From an uncultured Nitrososphaerales archaeon (lineage in GTDB: Archaea; Thermoproteota; Nitrososphaeria; Nitrososphaerales; Nitrososphaeraceae): a stretch of 64,000 nucleotides of DNA. The stretch's first letter is position 1; the number at the start of each line of letters is the position of its first letter. The notes below the pieces were generated by a model. The model was given only the letters and a program-made list of their open reading frames with translations, ran no database searches and was not told the origin of the DNA. The translations under genes and the position numbers were made by a program. The DNA lies in contig CAVOHZ010000003.1 in assembly GCA_963695855.1 (NCBI GenBank), forward strand, positions 160,001 to 224,000, in the 5' to 3' direction. Shown in pieces: positions 52,258 through 62,487 of the stretch.

Positions 52258-52872
52258 GTGTCACAGCCAAACTACAATCCGAGAACTAGATCTAGCGAGT
52301 TTGGTGGCAGTGGCGGAAATTATCTACATCGAAAATATGAAGAATTTGCACACATATTGGATTTTTCAATAACAGGTAAGGCATCTACAGTAAAAAAAAG
52401 AGAAGGAATAATAATACAAGCAATAGGGGAGGAGAGATTAACATTATTAGAATTATTAGGAGATCCTAAAAAGAACTTTGACATTGAGGAACGTGTTTAT
52501 ATAGGCAGAGAGGGCAGAGAAAAAATTATTAGTGTACTCGGTCGTCTTAACTTTAATGATCTATCCCAATCATCTAAAAACGAAATACCAAATGTGATCG
52601 AGACAATAATAAATATTAACCAGAAAAGATTTGTTGATTATATTAACCATGCACAACCTCTAACACCCAGAATTCATGCCTTGGAATTGATTCCAGGAAT
52701 TGGAAAAACCTATATGAAAAGTATAATCATTGAAAGAGAAAGACGAAAATTTGAGGACTTCAATGACCTTCAGGCAAGAACCGGAATAAAGGAACTTCAA
52801 AAACTTATTGCAAAAAGAATAGTAGAAGAAATTTCTGGAGATACAAGGATGAACATCTTTGTAAGAAAATGA
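52258..52872 (+). CDS. DUF655 putative RNA-binding protein
   Basis: QAIGE..TLLEL and RIHALELIPGIGK; synteny. Confidence 0.88.
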   Translation: MSQPNYNPRTRSSEFGGSGGNYLHRKYEEFAHILDFSITGKASTVKKREGIIIQAIGEERLTLLELLGDPKKNFDIEERVYIGREGREKIISVLGRLNFNDLSQSSKNEIPNVIETIININQKRFVDYINHAQPLTPRIHALELIPGIGKTYMKSIIIERERRKFEDFNDLQARTGIKELQKLIAKRIVEEISGDTRMNIFVRK

Positions 52873-53591
52873 ATTTGAACAAGCAACTTGGTCAAAATTA
52901 TTTAATTAGTAAAAAAATAGTAACAAAGATAATAGAAAACTCAGAGATTAAACCTGATGAAACCGTATGTGAAATGGGTTCGGGTAGAGGTGCAATGACA
53001 TTTGACCTGTGTAAAATAGCAAAATCTGTAAAGTCATTTGAATTAGATAAAAAATTGTATGAACAATTGTTCAAGAAAAGTATAAAATATAAAAACCTAG
53101 AATTAATTAATGAAGACATTTTAAAATATGAAAAACCGTTAGCTTTTGATGTCTTTGTTTCTAATATTCCGTACTCAAGAAGTAGAGATACAATATCGTG
53201 GTTAGCAACTAAAAAATTTAATAGAGCTTTAATAATGGTTCAAAAAGAATTTGCTGATAAGTTGAGAGCATCAAAAACAGAAACAAATTATAAGGCAATA
53301 TCAGCCATATCACAATATTGTTTTGACATTCATAAATTATTCGAAGTTGAAAAAGATGCCTTCTTTCCTAGACCAAAAGTGGAATCTGAAGCAATCAAGT
53401 TAACTCCAAAAAATTTAATGATTACTATGAATTTAATTTCCATTATACATTATATTTTTTCTTTTAAGAATAAAAAAGTAGCAAAAATTTCAAAAAAAAA
53501 TCAGATTGACTTAGAGATGAAAAACAGAAGGATAAGGGAACTTAATCCAGTAGAGATTTTTGAATTGGCTAAAAAAATTGGCCGCCTTTAA
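52869..53591 (+). CDS. ksgA: 16S rRNA dimethyladenosine transferase
   Basis: LGQNYL, EMGSGRG, SNIPY, MVQKEFA, FFPRPKVES. Confidence 0.92.
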   Translation: MNLNKQLGQNYLISKKIVTKIIENSEIKPDETVCEMGSGRGAMTFDLCKIAKSVKSFELDKKLYEQLFKKSIKYKNLELINEDILKYEKPLAFDVFVSNIPYSRSRDTISWLATKKFNRALIMVQKEFADKLRASKTETNYKAISAISQYCFDIHKLFEVEKDAFFPRPKVESEAIKLTPKNLMITMNLISIIHYIFSFKNKKVAKISKKNQIDLEMKNRRIRELNPVEIFELAKKIGRL

Positions 53592-53604
53592 GTGAGATAT
53601 TAAA

Positions 53605-54138
53605 ATGTATTTACCTAGTGATGATACTTTATTATTGATTGATTCAATAAATGGATATTCAGGTTTTTCAGCTTTAGAGATAGGCGTGGGCGCTGGTACC
53701 GTTTGTACAAAACTTAAGAACAATTTTGATTTTGTAGTAGGTATTGACATAGATATTCAAGCTATAAGATATTGTAGAAATAATATCAAGTCACAAATAA
53801 CATGGATATGTTGCGATGTCGTTTCCTGCATTACTGGAAAATTTGATCTTATTGTTAGCAATCCACCCTACTTACCTAATGACAAAAGACTTGACATAAA
53901 AGATAATACAATTTATGGTGGAAAAAATGGAGTCGAGACGACTATCAAGTTTATACAAGATTCATTATCATTACTTAAATCTGATGGAAAGTTAATGATT
54001 GTTGTTTCTTCAATTGGAACCATGAACGAACTAGATAAATTCATCATGAATAATAAGTTAGAAAAAAAGATAATAAATGAAAAGAAATTATTCTTCGAAA
54101 TTTTATACGTCTACGAAATTCTAAAAAAATGTGACTAA
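53605..54138 (+). CDS. HemK2/PrmC-like methyltransferase
   Basis: YLPSDDT, LEIGVGAG, SNPPYL. Confidence 0.85.
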   Translation: MYLPSDDTLLLIDSINGYSGFSALEIGVGAGTVCTKLKNNFDFVVGIDIDIQAIRYCRNNIKSQITWICCDVVSCITGKFDLIVSNPPYLPNDKRLDIKDNTIYGGKNGVETTIKFIQDSLSLLKSDGKLMIVVSSIGTMNELDKFIMNNKLEKKIINEKKLFFEILYVYEILKKCD

Positions 54139-54154
54139 ATGTTTTGTGAAATAA

Positions 54155-55180
54155 TCATTTTTGAAGTAATTTCGATGCACGAGATGAGATCTGCTCCGTC
54201 ATTTTTGAAAGTGTAGCACTTCCACCCAAATCATAGGTTACATATTTGTTTTCATTAATTACTTCTTCAGTAGCCCGAAATATCGCTCTTGATATTTCTT
54301 TTTCTCCAAGAAATTCTACCATCCAAGCACCAGAGCATATAGTCGCTACTGGGTTTACCTTATTTTGACCAGCATATTTTGGTGCACTACCATGAGCAGG
54401 TTCAAACATTGCAAATTTATCACCATAATTACCAGAGTAAACGTTGCCTATCGACCCAACATGGCCGGAAGCACATTCAGAAATAATATCCATAAATAAA
54501 TTCGTACTTAATAAGATGCTTTCATTGAAGCGTTCTGGATTCTTTACCAATTGCTGCGTAACATTATCTATATAATACTCTTCTATATCGATATCTGCAA
54601 AATCCTTATTAATTTTTTCGACAGCTGACATGAAGATTCCATCAGTTTCTTTTAGAATATTACGTTTAGTAATAACAAAAATCTTTTTAAATCGACGATC
54701 TTTGGTTACCTCAAACGCTTTTTTTGCTACTCGCTCACATCCTTTTTTTGTAATTTTGCGTATAGCTATGGCTGAATCATCACTTGTTTTGAATTCTATT
54801 CCAGAATAGAGACCTTCAGTCGATTCTCTGACACAAACAAAATTGAGGTTTAACTTCGAAGTTTTGTATGTTTTAATTGGTCTAATATTTGCATATAATT
54901 CAAATTTTTGTCGGATACTCACAGCAACGCTTCTAGGGGCCGACGGGTCAGGAATTGTGGTGGTGGGACCTTTGAAGCACGCATCGCTTTCTGAGAGCAT
55001 TTTCCAAACTTTATCCGATATATAGGAATTTGTTCTATTTTTTTTCCAATACTCTGAACCTGCTTCCACCGGTATTAATTCAACTCCTGTATTACATTCC
55101 TTTAAGACCTTCATCATAGCTGAGACTAATTCTGGTCCCGTACCATCTCCCCTAATCACTATAGCTTTTTTTGGTGTCAA
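54155..55180 (-). CDS. Isocitrate/isopropylmalate dehydrogenase family enzyme
   Basis: GDGTGPE, LYANIRP, RESTEGLY, FEPAHGSAP. Confidence 0.92.
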   Translation of the reverse strand: MTPKKAIVIRGDGTGPELVSAMMKVLKECNTGVELIPVEAGSEYWKKNRTNSYISDKVWKMLSESDACFKGPTTTIPDPSAPRSVAVSIRQKFELYANIRPIKTYKTSKLNLNFVCVRESTEGLYSGIEFKTSDDSAIAIRKITKKGCERVAKKAFEVTKDRRFKKIFVITKRNILKETDGIFMSAVEKINKDFADIDIEEYYIDNVTQQLVKNPERFNESILLSTNLFMDIISECASGHVGSIGNVYSGNYGDKFAMFEPAHGSAPKYAGQNKVNPVATICSGAWMVEFLGEKEISRAIFRATEEVINENKYVTYDLGGSATLSKMTEQISSRASKLLQK

Positions 55181-55217
55181 AGTATCAAAAATTCACTAAA
55201 GCTAATCTATTTATATT

Positions 55218-55781
55218 TTATTTGGATTTCAATTCCATTTTTACTACCATGTCTTTTGTAAATGGTGGCATCAATGTAGAATTTGTAACCTTAGTAAATT
55301 CATTCTTTTCAGAGTAATAAGAATATTGGATATCGTATTTATCAAGATCAATAATTTCGTCAATAAAAGCGCCAGTACTATTATCAACAACATGAATAGT
55401 GTTATTATCAGATGTATAAATTTTAAGGAAATTGTCCATTGTCATCCTAATCGGTCTAATGTATTGTAGATGAATATTTTGACCAACCTCATCTGTGTGA
55501 ATCAGGTGAATACATTCATTTCCGTCTTTGATTTCTTTCCCAACAGAATCTGGTAACAATTTCTGCTTATCATCAACAAAAATTTGAATTATTGGATATA
55601 AATTAAATGTATCTACATTATGAGCTTTTAAGCATATATCTAAGACAGGGGGTGGAGGAGACAGTTGCATTATAATAATTCCCGCCAAAGTAGCTACACC
55701 TATCATTATTGGTGGGAGTAAAAGTTGTTTTTTTCCAATCTTTTTTGATGGTTTTATAGGCTTAAACCGTCTTTTTGGCAT
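55218..55781 (-). CDS. Membrane-anchored hypothetical protein with Cys/His motifs
   Basis: Basic N-terminus, one TM helix, CLKAH and CIHLIHTD. Confidence 0.7.
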   Translation of the reverse strand: MPKRRFKPIKPSKKIGKKQLLLPPIMIGVATLAGIIIMQLSPPPPVLDICLKAHNVDTFNLYPIIQIFVDDKQKLLPDSVGKEIKDGNECIHLIHTDEVGQNIHLQYIRPIRMTMDNFLKIYTSDNNTIHVVDNSTGAFIDEIIDLDKYDIQYSYYSEKNEFTKVTNSTLMPPFTKDMVVKMELKSK

Positions 55782-55929
55782 TATGTAATTTATTGTCTTG
55801 GAATTTGAATATTAGAGTCTTTCTATATTATTTTTTCTACTATCAATTACAATTTTATGCATAAAATTGATAATTTATTTTACAGATATTTTTGGTATTA
55901 TTTAATAATCTTGAAAAGGAAAAAATGAT

Positions 55930-56679
55930 ATGAGAATAGTTCAAATTTCAGATATTCATGTGGGGAGTTATTTCAGACAAGATGTATTTGACACATTAGT
56001 AGATGAAATAAATTCTATAATAAAACCTGATTGCATAATAATAACTGGAGATCTTACTGATGAAGGACTATTATTTCAATTCGAAAATGCTAAAAATCAA
56101 ATCAGGAGATTAGATTGCCCCAATAAAATAATACTTGCGGGAAATCATGACTATAGACATACTGGATATTTAATATTTAAAAAATTTTTTCCATCCAAGA
56201 ATCAAATTTACGAGTTCGATGACGCTGCTATTATAACACTCGGGACTGCCAGGCCTGATCGAGATGAAGGAGAGGTAGGATTCCGACAAAATTCATGGAT
56301 GGAGAAGACCCTTGCAAAAATCAACAAGGTGAAGATCATAGCAATGCATCATCATTTAATTAGTATTCCAGATACTGGAACTGATAAAGTGATTGTGTAT
56401 GATGCTGGCGATTCTCTTAGATCTTGTCTTCAATCGTCTGTTAATTTGGTTCTCTGTGGTCATAAGCATAGACCTTGGCTATGGAACTTGGGAAATTTAA
56501 AAATTGCCTATGCAGGAACAGCAAGTTCTTCCAGATTTAGAGGTTTCTTTGAAAATTCCTATAACATCGTAGAAATATTCGATAATAAAAAATTTAACTT
56601 GGATATCAAGATAGTAGGAGGAAAACGTTTCCCACTAATTGATTTGGTAGAGAAATACAAAGCATATCTAGATAGTTGA
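55930..56679 (+). CDS. Calcineurin-like metallophosphoesterase
   Basis: SDIH, TGDLT, GNHD, HHH, GHKH. Confidence 0.92.
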   Translation: MRIVQISDIHVGSYFRQDVFDTLVDEINSIIKPDCIIITGDLTDEGLLFQFENAKNQIRRLDCPNKIILAGNHDYRHTGYLIFKKFFPSKNQIYEFDDAAIITLGTARPDRDEGEVGFRQNSWMEKTLAKINKVKIIAMHHHLISIPDTGTDKVIVYDAGDSLRSCLQSSVNLVLCGHKHRPWLWNLGNLKIAYAGTASSSRFRGFFENSYNIVEIFDNKKFNLDIKIVGGKRFPLIDLVEKYKAYLDS

Positions 56680-56760
56680 TTTTTTTACTTGATTAGAAAA
56701 TTCCTAGTAGTTTTTTATATCATTTCAGTTAAAAATATAAAATCTAATCACATATTTTTA

Positions 56761-57198
56761 ATGAAAATTTTGCTATCGATCAATATCGATGGGGCATCCC
56801 GAGGAAATCCTGGTCCATCTGGGATTGGAATCTCGATCATTAAAAGAGATAAACTAATCTTAAGATATGGTGAGTTTATAGGTATTCAGACAAATATTCA
56901 GTCAGAATATTTTGCCTTAAAAAGGGCCCTCGAAATAGCGATTGGAATCGATAAGGATATAATGATCTTTTCTGACTGTTTGTCAATAGTTAAACAACGA
57001 AAAATAAAAAACAGAGTAAGAAAAAAAGGGTTAAGAATGCTTACAAGGCAAATAAGTAATCTTGAAAAAAATTTTAACTATATATCTTATATGTTTATAT
57101 CCAGAAGAAAAAATGTCAATGTTGATAGGATTGCAAATCAAGCAATAGACGATTATTTTAATACGAACAATATCCCCTTATATAGCAGGCAGCAGTGA
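56761..57198 (+). CDS. rnhA: Ribonuclease HI family protein
   Basis: DGASRGNPG, SEY, SDC, N..VDRIAN. Start taken at ATG 56761. Confidence 0.85.
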   Translation: MKILLSINIDGASRGNPGPSGIGISIIKRDKLILRYGEFIGIQTNIQSEYFALKRALEIAIGIDKDIMIFSDCLSIVKQRKIKNRVRKKGLRMLTRQISNLEKNFNYISYMFISRRKNVNVDRIANQAIDDYFNTNNIPLYSRQQ

Positions 57199-57254
57199 AG
57201 AATCAGAGTTAATCTTGAAAAAATTATGTAATAAAGGCATTTGACTGAGCTGCC
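57188..57254 (+). ncRNA. Box C/D sRNA candidate overlapping the rnhA stop codon
   Basis: Perfect GGCAGC/GCTGCC stem, C box GTGAAGA 57195-57201, D' TTGA 57215-57218, D CTGA 57245-57248. Both guides match recalled 23S H69-H71 consensus. Confidence 0.8.
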
Positions 57255-57311
57255 AATATATAAGATTTTATCTAAAAGTTTATGTAACGAGTTATTCGAT
57301 TTTATTTAAAC

Positions 57312-57902
57312 TTGTTAGGAAAGAAAGATAAGAAGTATAGTTATATTAAGGATATTGTTATCATAATAATAGGCGTAGCAATATTCTGGTTTGCAGTAAA
57401 GATTTTTTTAAATGTAGATAATCCATTTTACGTAGTTTCTAGTGGAAGTATGGTACCTGTTTTGAACGTAGGCGATATTTTAGTAGTTAGAGATGGAAAT
57501 TCTTTTGAAAATTTGAAAATCGGTGATATTATCGTATTTAATAGACCCGATGGTGCAGACAGGGTAATAGTTCATAGAATAATTGATATCACCGATAAAT
57601 TCGGGGAAAAAATTATAGTTACAAAAGGCGATGCGAATGACGGAATTATTCCCGGAACAGACTTTCCTATTAGAGAAAAAGATTATATAGGAAAAGTCGA
57701 GAAGGCAGAGTTACCTTATGTGATTCCAAAGATTGGGATCGTATTAAAATACATTAACCCACCAGTGAATTACATAATAATAGCTGGAATAATTGGTGCA
57801 CTAATTTATACAAACCTAAGAAAGAAAAAACATGAAAATGAAAAAATAGATAACAACGAGAATAGCATGAGCAGTAACGATGGAAATACTGGAAATAGAT
57901 GA
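57312..57902 (+). CDS. Signal peptidase I (archaeal Sec11 type)
   Basis: VVSSGSMVP, GD, IVHR, TKGDAN. Confidence 0.92.
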   Translation: MLGKKDKKYSYIKDIVIIIIGVAIFWFAVKIFLNVDNPFYVVSSGSMVPVLNVGDILVVRDGNSFENLKIGDIIVFNRPDGADRVIVHRIIDITDKFGEKIIVTKGDANDGIIPGTDFPIREKDYIGKVEKAELPYVIPKIGIVLKYINPPVNYIIIAGIIGALIYTNLRKKKHENEKIDNNENSMSSNDGNTGNR

Positions 57903-57937
57903 GCTTCTCGAGTAATGATAAGGATCTGAATTACCTG

Positions 57938-59059
57938 CTATACTGCGTTAATTTTTTTGATAATTGTTAAAATATCCTGATCAGTCAACATATGATCCAA
58001 ACCCACTTTTTGTCCTTCGAATTTAACACTATTGCCCCATACTAATGCGAATTTAAAATCTCTAAGCAAATTTCTATGTAATTTAACACAAATGTCTTTG
58101 ACTCTTGTTCCTTTTCTCACTATTAGTGGTTCTTCAAAATCAGTTTCTTTTCCCTTTGGTCTCATGTATATTCTTATAAAGTCCAATTTTTGAAAAATAG
58201 ACTCTTTTAATTTTTCTATATTTTTAGTCGAATCTGCTGAAACTGGAATAAAGATATCTGGAAAGTTTTTTACAATTTCATTCAGATTATTGTTATCAAT
58301 CAAATCTATTTTATTTAGAACTGTTATACATTGCGGATACACCCTATTCTCAGATAATACGTCAATCAAATCATCGGTGGTGAAATTTTTCTCTCTGATA
58401 GTTATTCTGCCATTGTGTATGCCATAAATTTTACACATTTCCCTGACTAATGGTTCTGGGACCTGTATTATGGAATCCGAGCTTACAGATACACCGCCTC
58501 TTTCAGTTTTTGCAACCAGAACATGAGGTGGTTTTTTATTAACCTTAATACCGATCTCGGATAATTCTTTAATTAAAATAGAAAAATGATGTGGTTGAAA
58601 AACATCTACAATTACTAAAACGAGATCGGCATTCCTTGCTACTGATAAGACCTTCTTACCCATTCCTTTCCCTGAAGCAGCACCCTTAATTATACCAGGC
58701 AAATCGATTATCTGTATCTTTGCTCCGCGATAATTCATCATACCAGGAATAGCAGTTAGTGTTGTAAATTGGTATGAAGCAATTCTTGAGTTTGCATTAG
58801 TTAGGGCATTAAGAAGCGTTGATTTTCCAACACTAGGAAATCCTATGAGGACCACTGTTGCATCACCTTCTTTTTTTACATCATATCCAGTACTTCCCTT
58901 GCCAGATGATACTGTTCTACCGTGTTTATTTTGCTCGAGATCTCTTCTTAATTTTGCAATTTTTGCCTTTAAAAGACCTATATGGAATTCCGTAGCTTTA
59001 TTTATTTGGGTTTTGTGTATTTCATCTTCTATCGCTTTAATTTTTTCAGGAATCCCCAT
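57938..59059 (-). CDS. DRG/OBG-family GTPase with TGS domain
   Basis: NKATEFHIG, GFPSVGKST, DLPG, NKID. Confidence 0.93.
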   Translation of the reverse strand: MGIPEKIKAIEDEIHKTQINKATEFHIGLLKAKIAKLRRDLEQNKHGRTVSSGKGSTGYDVKKEGDATVVLIGFPSVGKSTLLNALTNANSRIASYQFTTLTAIPGMMNYRGAKIQIIDLPGIIKGAASGKGMGKKVLSVARNADLVLVIVDVFQPHHFSILIKELSEIGIKVNKKPPHVLVAKTERGGVSVSSDSIIQVPEPLVREMCKIYGIHNGRITIREKNFTTDDLIDVLSENRVYPQCITVLNKIDLIDNNNLNEIVKNFPDIFIPVSADSTKNIEKLKESIFQKLDFIRIYMRPKGKETDFEEPLIVRKGTRVKDICVKLHRNLLRDFKFALVWGNSVKFEGQKVGLDHMLTDQDILTIIKKINAV

Positions 59060-59102
59060 TTCTACAATAATATAATGATCATAGACAATTAAAAAATCTT
59101 AT

Positions 59103-59654
59103 CTAGAAAATTCTAAAAAATTTCAAACCATGCATTATGGCTATTAGCGAACCTGATACTATCATTAGGATCCATGGCATTGCAGGTAATTTTGGAGAGT
59201 CAAGAATAATCTGATGATTGTCAATAACATGGGTTATATAGTCTCTGACTTTAGCATTCCAGATCTTGTATTCTATCTTGTGTTTTTTCAATATAGATTC
59301 TATTTCATAAATCACAGGACATCTTGCTGACCTAATATGTTGAATATATTTCCTTGAAATTTCGACCTCTCCTTGAAGTGCTATTAAACCATGATTTATT
59401 TCTAAAAGTCTGACATGTATTTCCCAAGGTTTTTTCAATCTCTTGGCAAAGCCATGACCTATTTGTCCCGGTTTCTTATTTTCAAACTTTACCTTTTTAA
59501 ATCCTTCAGCTATAAGAGTTTGAACTATTTCATCTTTTTTGATTTTTACCATCAAACTCAGATGATCAAATTGTATATCCTCGAATTTTATCGATTCTTG
59601 TAGTCCTTTTAATATATTTATTTTTCGAGGATATCTCGTAAGGAACTCTGACAT
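59103..59654 (-). CDS. Hypothetical protein with C-terminal TM helix
   Basis: 183-aa ORF; PWEIHVR and EVEISR.Y..H motifs. Confidence 0.7.
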   Translation of the reverse strand: MSEFLTRYPRKINILKGLQESIKFEDIQFDHLSLMVKIKKDEIVQTLIAEGFKKVKFENKKPGQIGHGFAKRLKKPWEIHVRLLEINHGLIALQGEVEISRKYIQHIRSARCPVIYEIESILKKHKIEYKIWNAKVRDYITHVIDNHQIILDSPKLPAMPWILMIVSGSLIAIMHGLKFFRIF

Positions 59655-59717
59655 TCGGTTATAAAAATTTTGAGGTCATGGTTATATTAAAATGCTATGT
59701 TAATAATACAACTATTG

Positions 59718-60473
59718 TCAAGCAAGAAATGAATATCCTCTAAGATAAATGTCGTTATTGTAATCTATTGCAAGATTCTTCCAAGTCAATCTTCTATCAG
59801 TTAGAGGTACATTCGAACCACGAATAACAACTATAGGTATAGATTCGTCACTTTCTCCCATCATAAATGTTCCCATAGTTGCGAAGCAATCGGCAGAAGC
59901 CTTTAGAGTATATTTGATTTTTTTACCCCAGAGATCTTTTTTTCCTCTTAAATCTTCAACGGGTTCTATTCCGGAACACCCAATAGCTACACCGATAGTG
60001 CCCATTCGTGTTGGCATCAACCTACTGTCTGAAATAATAACACCAATCTTCAATCCATGATTTACAAGGAAGTGTATTCTAATATTTTCAGCAGTCGTAA
60101 AAGGATCCTTTGGTAAACATATTACATAATTTTCTGGAACATTAGATTTATCGATACCTGCGTTGGGAGCTAAAATACCGTCTTTTATGGAAAGCAAAAA
60201 TCCTGGTAATCCACCAAATATAATATCCGATTCTCTGATTACCATTTCAACAAATCTAGGATCCATATAGTACTGCCTTGCAAGTTTCTTTGCCTCTTGA
60301 CTAACTTTTACAGTTGAAAGATCAACTAGAGATCCCTCACTCATAGAAACAAATTTACTTGAAATAACTATGACATCTCCCTCTTTAAAAATAAAGTCGG
60401 TCGATTCAATAACATTTGGTAGGTCAAAAAGTGTTTTTTTAGTTTTAATCCTTAAAGCAAATATTTCGATCAA
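59718..60473 (-). CDS. cofE: F420-0:gamma-glutamyl ligase
   Basis: SKFVSMSEG, NAGIDKSN, IISDSR, GESDESIP. Confidence 0.88.
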   Translation of the reverse strand: MIEIFALRIKTKKTLFDLPNVIESTDFIFKEGDVIVISSKFVSMSEGSLVDLSTVKVSQEAKKLARQYYMDPRFVEMVIRESDIIFGGLPGFLLSIKDGILAPNAGIDKSNVPENYVICLPKDPFTTAENIRIHFLVNHGLKIGVIISDSRLMPTRMGTIGVAIGCSGIEPVEDLRGKKDLWGKKIKYTLKASADCFATMGTFMMGESDESIPIVVIRGSNVPLTDRRLTWKNLAIDYNNDIYLRGYSFLA

Positions 60474-60566
60474 TTCAATATTTATGAAATAATTAATATA
60501 GTTACATTTTTATTTTTTTAGAACGTATTAATTCTTAGAAACTGAAATTTTGGTTGAAAAAAGAAA

Positions 60567-61844
60567 ATGGGAATGAATATTACTGAAAAAATATTAGCCA
60601 GGGCATCAGGTAAATCTATCGTTTCGCCTGATGATGTAGTAATAGCGAATATAGACAAGGTTATGATGCATGACGTTTCTGGCCCTGGTGTCATTAAAGT
60701 TTTCTCTGAATGGGAAAAGAAGGGTATTAAATTAGAACAGGTGTGGGATCCGGATAAAGTATGGATCAGCGAAGACCACTTCGTTCCTGCATCAGATATA
60801 ATATCTGCTAATAATATTTCACTTTTATCTAACTGGTCAAAGAAATACAATATTAAAAAACACTATAAATATGGTTTAGGCCAGTATGGGATCTGCCATA
60901 CATTATCTCATGAAGAAGGTTTGATTTTGCCTGGTGAGGCATATGTAGGTGGCGATTCTCACACAAATACTTCGGGAGCTATCGGAGCGCTCGCTGTTGG
61001 ATTAGGGCATACAGATATTGCATATGTTCTGATGAATGGAAAAATTTGGTTTAAAGTTCCAGAGACAATATTATTCAAACTAAGTGGAAAAAAACCAGAA
61101 CATATTATGGCAAAGGACATTATTTTAAAAATTATTGGAGATATCGGAACTGACGGTGGCAATTACAAGACAATGCAGTTTACAGGAGAGGTCGTTGAAA
61201 ATTTGGTGATGGAGGAAAGACTAACACTTACAAATATGACAACAGAAGCAGGAGCTAAAAATGGGATAATTGAACCAGATAATACAACCTATGATTATTT
61301 AAGTTCCAGAACCACCGATAATTATTATCCTATATTGGGTGACCGTGATGCAGAATATTCTGAAATTTATACATACGAAATTGAAAAATTAGAACCTACC
61401 ATTGCAAAACCATTCTCTCCTCAGAACATCACCGTCGCAAGAGAATTGCAAGGGATTGAATTGGATAAAGCATACATAGGATCTTGTACTGGAGCTAAAT
61501 TGGAAGACCTGAGAATGGCTGCCAAAATCTTGAAGGGAAGAAAGGTAAGAATCAGGACAGAGGTGCTTCCTGCAGCACAGTCAATATACCTAAAAGCAGT
61601 AAATGAGGGATTGATAAATATTTTCATAGAAGCTGGTGCGGTTGTTGGTCCGCCAACATGTGGAGCGTGTTGTGGTGCTCATATGGGAGTACTCGCAAAA
61701 GACGAGATATGTATAAGTACGACTAACAGGAACTTTCCCGGAAGAATGGGTCATATCGAATCGAAGACATATTTAGCTTCACCATTGGTAGTTGCGGCCT
61801 CAGCAATCAGTGGAAAAATAGTAGATCCAAGAGATGTGAGATAG
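60567..61844 (+). CDS. leuC: 3-isopropylmalate/homoaconitate dehydratase large subunit
   Basis: GICH, DSHT, IGSCTG, CGACCG, TNRNFPGRMG. Confidence 0.9.
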   Translation: MGMNITEKILARASGKSIVSPDDVVIANIDKVMMHDVSGPGVIKVFSEWEKKGIKLEQVWDPDKVWISEDHFVPASDIISANNISLLSNWSKKYNIKKHYKYGLGQYGICHTLSHEEGLILPGEAYVGGDSHTNTSGAIGALAVGLGHTDIAYVLMNGKIWFKVPETILFKLSGKKPEHIMAKDIILKIIGDIGTDGGNYKTMQFTGEVVENLVMEERLTLTNMTTEAGAKNGIIEPDNTTYDYLSSRTTDNYYPILGDRDAEYSEIYTYEIEKLEPTIAKPFSPQNITVARELQGIELDKAYIGSCTGAKLEDLRMAAKILKGRKVRIRTEVLPAAQSIYLKAVNEGLINIFIEAGAVVGPPTCGACCGAHMGVLAKDEICISTTNRNFPGRMGHIESKTYLASPLVVAASAISGKIVDPRDVR

Positions 61845-61849
61845 AGAAA

Positions 61850-62341
61850 ATGAAAATTTTGAAAGGAAAGGTACACAAATATGACAAGGACAACATAGAC
61901 ACTGACGTCATTATTCCAGGTCCTTACCTTAAGATCCATGATCATAAAGAATTAGCAAAACATGCAATGGAAGGACTCGATCCTAATTTTTCAGACAAGA
62001 TATCTGAAGGAGATTTTCTTTTGACAGGCAAGAATTTTGGTTGCGGATCGAGCAGAGAACATGCTCCAATAGCATTACATGAAGTCGGGATAAGAGCAAT
62101 TTTATCACCTTCATTTGCAAGAATCTTTTATAGAAATGCAGTAGACGGTGGATATTTGTTGCCAATTGAAATAGATAAAGACATAGTTATGAAAATTTCT
62201 GATCAAGACATATTGGAAATTGATCTAAAAGAAAATAAAATAGCGAATTTGACTAAAAATGAGACATATTCTATCAAACCATTCCCCGAATTAATTTCAA
62301 AAATAATAAATGCAGGCGGATTACTCAACTTTAGAATTTAG
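61850..62341 (+). CDS. leuD: 3-isopropylmalate/homoaconitate dehydratase small subunit
   Basis: NIDTDVIIP, NFGCGSSREHA, FARIFYRN. Confidence 0.9.
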   Translation: MKILKGKVHKYDKDNIDTDVIIPGPYLKIHDHKELAKHAMEGLDPNFSDKISEGDFLLTGKNFGCGSSREHAPIALHEVGIRAILSPSFARIFYRNAVDGGYLLPIEIDKDIVMKISDQDILEIDLKENKIANLTKNETYSIKPFPELISKIINAGGLLNFRI

Positions 62342-62487
62342 CAAATAACAGATTTTTTATTTTTTTAAACAAATTTAATATTTATTTATTCCTAATCCTC
62401 TAATAATATAAAAAAATATTATAGTATCTTATTTTTTAGTGGTTACTTTGATTGTTAGATATCAATAAAAAAGAGATATTGCTAGTT

